Part shown: piece by piece, positions 58,313 to 64,000 of the stretch
Position numbering within the stretch: position 1 is the stretch's first letter
Layout of the letters: every line of letters begins with the position of its first letter
Assembly: GCA_033723415.1 (NCBI GenBank)
Contig: JAWVXD010000001.1
Coordinates: 160,001-224,000 of the forward strand
Length of the DNA: 64,000 nucleotides
Reading direction: 5' to 3'
DNA from: Sulfurospirillaceae bacterium
Lineage (GTDB): Bacteria; Campylobacterota; Campylobacteria; Campylobacterales; Sulfurospirillaceae
Program-made: the position numbers and the translations under genes
The notes under the pieces: model-generated
Seen by the model: only the letters and a program-made list of their open reading frames with translations
Database searches by the model: none
Told to the model about the DNA's origin: nothing

Positions 58313-59789
58313 ACAATCTCTTGGAAAATCCTAATTCTCTAAGGGATGTTTTAGTAACTCCTTTAGCGCCTATAATTTTTGGTGTTATTACAAAAATCAA
58401 CTCTTGAGAAGTCAAGCTATTGCCAGTATGTCTAAATGCACTTCCAAGAAGAGGAATATCACTTAGAACCGGAACATTAGAATCGCTTGCACCTTTAGAA
58501 TTTGTTATCAATCCACCTAGAATTATTGTACTTCCATCTTTTACTCTAACTACTGTTGATAATTTTTTTTCAGAGGTATCAGGTGCGATTTCTCTAGGAG
58601 TTGTCTGCTTCCCGTCATCTTGTGTATATTTAAAATTGCTAACTGAAGGGTTGATCCTTAAAATTATTTCATTATTATCAGAAATCTCAGGGGTAATATT
58701 CAATAAAACTCCGATGAAGATAGAGTAATTAGTGTATGTTGTAGTTGTAGTTGTTGTTGCAGTTGCATTATTTGTTGTATCTTGTGGGACTCTATAGTTT
58801 ATATTGTCACCAACAGTTATAAGAGCTTGTTGATTGTTTAGAGTCAATACTTTTGGACTTGATACTACCTTTGTATCTCCATTTGTCGCTAAAAAGTCCA
58901 TGAGTCCAGACATTGTAAAAAGTGCATCACTTACAACAGTATAAGAATTTGTAAAATCTGATTTTCTGATAGGTAGATTGGCGCTCGCATTAGATTGTAC
59001 ATTTGCAGTATTGCTTAAAGACAGATTGAATGCACTCCAGTCAATACCGGTTGAGCTTTTGTTTTCAAGATCTACAGAAATGATCTTTACATTGATCAAA
59101 ACTTGTTTTGTTAATCTTTCTTTTAATATATCAATGTACTGCGCAACTCTATCTAATTGTTTTTTCGTAGCTGTAATCGTAATAATACCGGCATTTTCGT
59201 TTATGATTGGTTTTTCAGCTTTATACTCATCTGCTCCGGTATTTAAAACAGACATAAGTTCATTGGAAATTTTTGCCCAAAAGTTAAATGTTTCAGTAGA
59301 TTTGATTGAATTGTCTCCGCTTACGGTTTTTGTTGCTCCTTCAGCCGTAGGTGTAGCATCTACAGAAGCATTTAATACAGAAGTTCCATTTCTCACTGAT
59401 GTTATATAATCAATCCTAAAAGTCTTAGTATTTAGCGCATAAATCTTCAAAATATTTTTGTCAAATTTATAGTAGAGGTCGTTATCGCTTATTAATACAC
59501 CAAATAACTCATCTAAAGTAAGGTTATTGATATTGACACTATTTAGTTTATCTCTAAGCGTTTTTTTTGCAATATCATCTTGAACGACAATAGTAAAGTT
59601 ACAGGTATCGGCTATTTGAGTCAATAGATCAATATTAGAAACTTTGTTGCTTGCTTTTATATTAAATGTTCTAAATTCACATGACTTATTGCTATCTAAA
59701 GCATACAGCTGAGTTATAGAAAAAAATATTAAAAAAAACAGTACCGATAATTTTTTATTATTTTGATGAAAATTTAATTTGAGACCCAT
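58305..59789 (-). CDS. Secretin (MshL/CtsD-like)
   Basis: KTFRIDYI, GIDWS, SSPKVLTLNNQQA, VPVLSDIPLLG, ELIFVITPKI. Confidence 0.92.
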   Translation of the reverse strand: MGLKLNFHQNNKKLSVLFFLIFFSITQLYALDSNKSCEFRTFNIKASNKVSNIDLLTQIADTCNFTIVVQDDIAKKTLRDKLNSVNINNLTLDELFGVLISDNDLYYKFDKNILKIYALNTKTFRIDYITSVRNGTSVLNASVDATPTAEGATKTVSGDNSIKSTETFNFWAKISNELMSVLNTGADEYKAEKPIINENAGIITITATKKQLDRVAQYIDILKERLTKQVLINVKIISVDLENKSSTGIDWSAFNLSLSNTANVQSNASANLPIRKSDFTNSYTVVSDALFTMSGLMDFLATNGDTKVVSSPKVLTLNNQQALITVGDNINYRVPQDTTNNATATTTTTTTYTNYSIFIGVLLNITPEISDNNEIILRINPSVSNFKYTQDDGKQTTPREIAPDTSEKKLSTVVRVKDGSTIILGGLITNSKGASDSNVPVLSDIPLLGSAFRHTGNSLTSQELIFVITPKIIGAKGVTKTSLRELGFSKRLYE

Positions 59790-60189
59790 TGTTTTTCCTT
59801 ATAAAAATTTCTCTTGTATTATTTGAACTTTTAAGCAATACACTGCTTTTTTTGATTTTTACCAACTTGTATACTCCGATTTTTTTATATAACTTAATCC
59901 ATCTTCCATTGATTTTGGCTCTATTGTCAAATATGGCGTCTAGCCTCAAATAAACTCTTCTTCTCCCCGTGGCTCTTCTTTGCTCTACACTTCTGCTTGT
60001 AACTACAAAAGGATTACGAGTTTGATTTAATTCTTTTTGACTTATGCCTATTCTGGTTTCACTAACTTTATCAAAGATTTTATCATATTTCTGCATCTCA
60101 TTTGTCAATGAGTCTGAGTTTGATGCATACAAAAAATTTACAGATAAAATCAAAAATATAAATATTTTGTAAAAATTTAACTTTTTCAA
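59758..60189 (-). CDS. Exported pilus-assembly accessory protein (PilP/MshK-like position)
   Basis: Signal peptide; RNPF motif; AKINGRW. TTG start at 60189 overlaps the upstream stop. Confidence 0.6.
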   Translation of the reverse strand: MKKLNFYKIFIFLILSVNFLYASNSDSLTNEMQKYDKIFDKVSETRIGISQKELNQTRNPFVVTSRSVEQRRATGRRRVYLRLDAIFDNRAKINGRWIKLYKKIGVYKLVKIKKSSVLLKSSNNTREIFIRKNNGSQIKFSSK

Positions 60190-60833
60190 TATTTCATCCC
60201 CCAAACCGCTATATTTACATAACCATCAATTCCTGCTGCACCTTTTAAATTTAAATCGTAAATATCAACAACTAATTTGCTCTCTTCTATAGAATTAATA
60301 AATTTCATAACATTTTTAAAATTGCCGTTAAACTTAACAGTCAGAGTCAATATTTGTTCAATTTTTTGTAAATTTGGTTTATTTATTTTATTTTGAATTA
60401 TTTTTATATGCACATTGTTCTTTTGCGCAAGTAAACTTATTGAATCAAGGAATTTTGCCCAGTTTTGGTTGTTGAAAAGTAAATATGACAGATTTTTTAG
60501 CTTGTTGTCTATGTACGTGTTCATATATGTTGTATCTTCTAATCTACTTTTTGCATCTTCTAAATCTTTTTTAGATTTCTTTATGAAGTATGTGTCATCT
60601 CCGTTTCTAGTGACTGATCTTAGATAGTTCTGTTCATTTATAACTTTTTTATCCATAAATGATAGATTTCTCTTTGTGTGCTTTAATTTTTTCTCACTTA
60701 TTGGGAATACATAAGCATAAGAGATAAATCCTATAAAAACAAATAGCATCAATAAAATCAGTGAAATTTCACTACTTTTTTTATTGGAAAGTGCTATATC
60801 TATTTTTTCAAATATATTTTTAGAACTATTCAT
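60186..60833 (-). CDS. PilO/GspM-like pilus assembly protein
   Basis: Single TM, coiled coil, GNFKNVMKFINSIE ferredoxin-like segment. Confidence 0.75.
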   Translation of the reverse strand: MNSSKNIFEKIDIALSNKKSSEISLILLMLFVFIGFISYAYVFPISEKKLKHTKRNLSFMDKKVINEQNYLRSVTRNGDDTYFIKKSKKDLEDAKSRLEDTTYMNTYIDNKLKNLSYLLFNNQNWAKFLDSISLLAQKNNVHIKIIQNKINKPNLQKIEQILTLTVKFNGNFKNVMKFINSIEESKLVVDIYDLNLKGAAGIDGYVNIAVWGMKY

Positions 60834-62346
60834 TATTTAATCCTATTGAAACTTTAGACAAATAAATATTTTTCTTTTCATCTTTTACTATTTTGTCCGT
60901 ATTTATCTTATATTTTTTTAAATCAGTTAACTTTTTGATAAATTCTGTGATTTTTTTATCACTTACGTTTTGAATATCGAATGTAAATATATTTTTTTTA
61001 AATTCTACATCTTGAATTTTTGAATCGGTTTTATTTGTTATATTAAAAAGTTCCGTCAAAATGATTGCTTTCATTGGATATGAAATTTTCTTTGCATAAA
61101 TCTCACGTAAAAGTTTTTTTCTGAAATTTAATTTATTACTTTCTTTATCTAAGAGTGTATTTACTTTATCTTTCTCGCTTTTTATTGCCGCAAGTTGATT
61201 TTTTATATTATTGGTTTTTTTATTTAATACTCTAAACTCTTGAGATTTTTGATTGAGTTGCATATTGAGAATATAATCAAATCCCAGCTGGTAAACAGGA
61301 TATGCCATAGATATTATGATACTTGCTGCTATTGTTGCTATGACTTTACCAAGAGGTCTTTTAAATAATGGAGGAGGTCTTTTAAAAGGAGAAAAGTTCA
61401 GAGCATCGTCTTTTTCTTCAAAATATGATTGCGCCGATAAGATCATAAGTATATGAATTTGATCAATATACCACTCTTTTGAGTTTATTGCTATATTAAA
61501 ATTGAATTGATGCGATTCTAAACCTAAGTAGCTTTGAGCATATTCTTCAATTCCTAAGAGATCTCCTATTTCAGAGCCTATATATATTTTATTGATTGCC
61601 TCTAATGCGTAAGATCTTTTTGCATAGACTAAAACATCATTTATGTATAAAAATATCTCTCCAAAAAGCTTCATAAGATGTTTTTGATAGTCTAGATTAC
61701 TGCCTTTTAATCCATCATTCGTCAGTAGGTCATTAAAGTCTTTTTCGTCAACTCTTTCTCCAACTAACTCACAAAACTTTTCATTTATTTGCGTTAAAGA
61801 ATAGTGCAGGGATTTTGAGTATAAATATTCGCCGTCTCTGTAAATTGCTAGAAATGCATCTTCTTTTTGAAAATATATAAAACAATATACGCCATCAGGC
61901 TCTAAAAAATTTTTCTTATATAAAGATTGTAATAAAAAAGGTGCGCCGGTTGCATAATCAATATATTTTGTATATTTTTTTATAGCGCCTAATCTCTCAT
62001 CTACTAAAAGAGAATCCATTACAAAAACATTGTATGTTCTATTCTTTGTATCATTGGTTTCTGTTTCAAGGTAAGTTATAGAGTAATTGACAGCTGAATC
62101 AAGTCCTAATTCATCATAAACCTTAACTTCTATAGCATCTTTTAAATCTTCATCAGAAATATTTCTGCTCATCTCAATTGTGGCATTGATTATATCTTTT
62201 GATGGAATATATGAAGTGAAAAAAGAGTCTCTTTTACTTTTTTCTATTTTGTTTATTTTTATTTCATTCTTGCTATATTCATATGATGTAAGCGTTATCG
62301 GGTCAACAGAAACTATATTTGTGTAGTTATTTTGCTTTGATGCCAT
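60826..62346 (-). CDS. PilM/PilN (GspL-like) fused pilus assembly protein
   Basis: Large cytoplasmic domain, one TM near residue 340, then coiled coil and periplasmic domain; first gene of the cluster. Confidence 0.6.
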   Translation of the reverse strand: MASKQNNYTNIVSVDPITLTSYEYSKNEIKINKIEKSKRDSFFTSYIPSKDIINATIEMSRNISDEDLKDAIEVKVYDELGLDSAVNYSITYLETETNDTKNRTYNVFVMDSLLVDERLGAIKKYTKYIDYATGAPFLLQSLYKKNFLEPDGVYCFIYFQKEDAFLAIYRDGEYLYSKSLHYSLTQINEKFCELVGERVDEKDFNDLLTNDGLKGSNLDYQKHLMKLFGEIFLYINDVLVYAKRSYALEAINKIYIGSEIGDLLGIEEYAQSYLGLESHQFNFNIAINSKEWYIDQIHILMILSAQSYFEEKDDALNFSPFKRPPPLFKRPLGKVIATIAASIIISMAYPVYQLGFDYILNMQLNQKSQEFRVLNKKTNNIKNQLAAIKSEKDKVNTLLDKESNKLNFRKKLLREIYAKKISYPMKAIILTELFNITNKTDSKIQDVEFKKNIFTFDIQNVSDKKITEFIKKLTDLKKYKINTDKIVKDEKKNIYLSKVSIGLNNE

Positions 62347-62413
62347 TGTTGATAACTCCTATTCTAGGGCGAGATATTGATTTGAACTTAAATTGTACCA
62401 TAAAATTTAATAA

Positions 62414-63313
62414 TTATTCCAAATCATAACCTAATTTCTTTAAAATATCTTTATTTTGGCTCCATCCAGGTTTTACTGTGACATATAACTTTAGGTAAAC
62501 TTTCTTGTTTGCAATCTTTTCTATTTGATTTCTCGCAAAGCTGCCTATTCTCCTTAGAGTTTGCCCATCTTTACCTATTAGAACACCTTTCTGACTCTTC
62601 TTTTCTACTATAATACTAGCATTGATAATTTCAATATCTTCTCTTTCTTCTACCTTTTCAACAACAACATCGGCGAAATATGGAATTTCTTCACTTGTAT
62701 TGTTGAAAATCGATTCTCTTATATATTCTTTGTATATATCTCTCATATTTTCTGTAGTTAATATATCAGGATCATATAAGTAAGGATGTACAGGAAGATA
62801 TTTTGATATCTCCTCTAAAATATACTCTTGTTTGACTCCTTTTTTGATAGAAACCGGGATTAAAGAAGAGAATTTATCCTGGTATTTACTAAATTCTTCA
62901 ATTTTTTTCAAAACTTGGGCATTACTCACATTGTCTACTTTTGTTAAGAGTACAAAATGAGGAATTTCTTTTTTATTCTTTTCTAGAAAATCGACATAAT
63001 AATCAAGTTTGTCCGTAACAGGAGATAAAAACAAGATCAGGTCGCAATCTCCCATAGCTTTTAATGCTTCGTCCATCATAAATTTGTTCAAGAGTCTTTC
63101 TTTCTCATGTAAACCAGGAGTATCAATAAATATGATCTGTGAATTTTCATGCAAAGCTATTATTTTAGATCTTCTTCTCGTGGCGTTAGCTTTGTGAGAG
63201 ACCAATGCAATTTTTTCTCCCACAAGCCAATTTAGAAGTGAGCTTTTCCCGGCGTTTGGTCTTCCTATTACCGAAACAAAGCCAGATCTTGTTTCTGTTG
63301 TATTTTTAGGCAT
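62414..63313 (-). CDS. era: GTPase Era
   Basis: GRPNAGKS, DTPG, TKVD, KH domain (EEIPY, GVLIGKDG). Confidence 0.97.
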   Translation of the reverse strand: MPKNTTETRSGFVSVIGRPNAGKSSLLNWLVGEKIALVSHKANATRRRSKIIALHENSQIIFIDTPGLHEKERLLNKFMMDEALKAMGDCDLILFLSPVTDKLDYYVDFLEKNKKEIPHFVLLTKVDNVSNAQVLKKIEEFSKYQDKFSSLIPVSIKKGVKQEYILEEISKYLPVHPYLYDPDILTTENMRDIYKEYIRESIFNNTSEEIPYFADVVVEKVEEREDIEIINASIIVEKKSQKGVLIGKDGQTLRRIGSFARNQIEKIANKKVYLKLYVTVKPGWSQNKDILKKLGYDLE

Positions 63314-64000
63314 TATAGAATATACCTGCTACTATCTTCATCCTCAACTATCGCGTCAAGTTTTTCATGAACCAATGAAGCAGTAACTATTATCTCTTGA
63401 CCAGCAAATTCATCTGCACTGTAGCTAATGTCTTCTATGACTTTTTCTACTACCGTATGTAGTCTTCTAGCTCCAATATCTTCTGTTTTTTCGTTTGTAA
63501 TTTGTGAAATTTTTGCTATTGCTTTTATTGCATCATCTTCAAATGTCAACTTAACACCTTCTGTATTTAACAATTCTTGATACTGCTTTAATAGAGAATT
63601 CTTAGGCTGAGTCAATATTTTATAAAGGATATCTTCGCTTAAAGAGTTTAGCTCGACTCTTAGAGGAAATCTTCCTTGAAGTTCCGGAATTAAATCGCTA
63701 GGTTTACTTAGATGAAAAGCGCCTGCTGCTATGAAAAGTATGTGGTCTGTTTTGATCGTTCCATATTTTGTATTTACGTCGCTTCCCTCTACGATTGGCA
63801 GTAAATCTCGTTGCACACCTTCTTTACTAGGATCACTTCTATTTGAAGAATGTGAACTAACGGCAACTTTATCAATTTCATCTACAAAAATAATACCGCC
63901 GTTTTCTGCTCGGTCTTTTGCTTCGACTTTTATAGCTTCAAAATCCAAAAGTTTTTCACTCGCTTCATGCCTGAGTGCTTCTTTTGCATCTTTGACTTTT
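63313..64000 (-). CDS. hslU: HslU ATPase subunit (3' part; starts beyond the window)
   Basis: [40 protein letters not shown]-terminal SRYIL. Confidence 0.97.
   Translation of the reverse strand, partial: KVKDAKEALRHEASEKLLDFEAIKVEAKDRAENGGIIFVDEIDKVAVSSHSSNRSDPSKEGVQRDLLPIVEGSDVNTKYGTIKTDHILFIAAGAFHLSKPSDLIPELQGRFPLRVELNSLSEDILYKILTQPKNSLLKQYQELLNTEGVKLTFEDDAIKAIAKISQITNEKTEDIGARRLHTVVEKVIEDISYSADEFAGQEIIVTASLVHEKLDAIVEDEDSSRYIL

Noticed and set aside
58735..58780. (GTT/GTA)n-like repeat
   Set aside because: It encodes the Thr/Asn-rich linker of the secretin and is not an independent repeat element.

Overview
AT-rich chromosomal window from a Campylobacterota (epsilonproteobacterial) genome. 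A Sulfurospirillum-like host is my inference from gene content and order (rppH-lysC-hobA-holB-folP, flhA-rrf2/rpsO, hrcA-grpE-dnaK, cts/MSHA-like cluster-era-hslU). Most of the window is housekeeping: rnr (partial), ilvC, dprA, ruvX, queA, tatBC, hemH, hemW, lysC, folP, ligA, ribF, cmoA, flhA, flgH, dsbD, the heat-shock operon, a type II secretion/type IV pilus competence cluster, era and hslU (partial), plus c-di-GMP signalling genes. The standout is an ~11.5 kb accessory block (8945-20430) for ectoine uptake and catabolism: a TeaABC-like TRAP transporter, an EctB-like diaminobutyrate aminotransferase, an aldehyde dehydrogenase, ectoine hydrolase DoeA/EutD and an M20 deacetylase. It lacks eutABC and any regulator gene. 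It instead carries a zinc-less MDR reductase coupled to a proline-racemase-family enzyme with a Ser/Thr (non-racemase) dyad, a candidate new route for converting 5-hydroxyectoine to ectoine (inference). Its spacers contain an unannotated 52-aa leader ORF, palindromes and long stem-loops. A two-state hairpin element also sits upstream of lysC. No rRNA, tRNA, CRISPR array or transposase was recognised.
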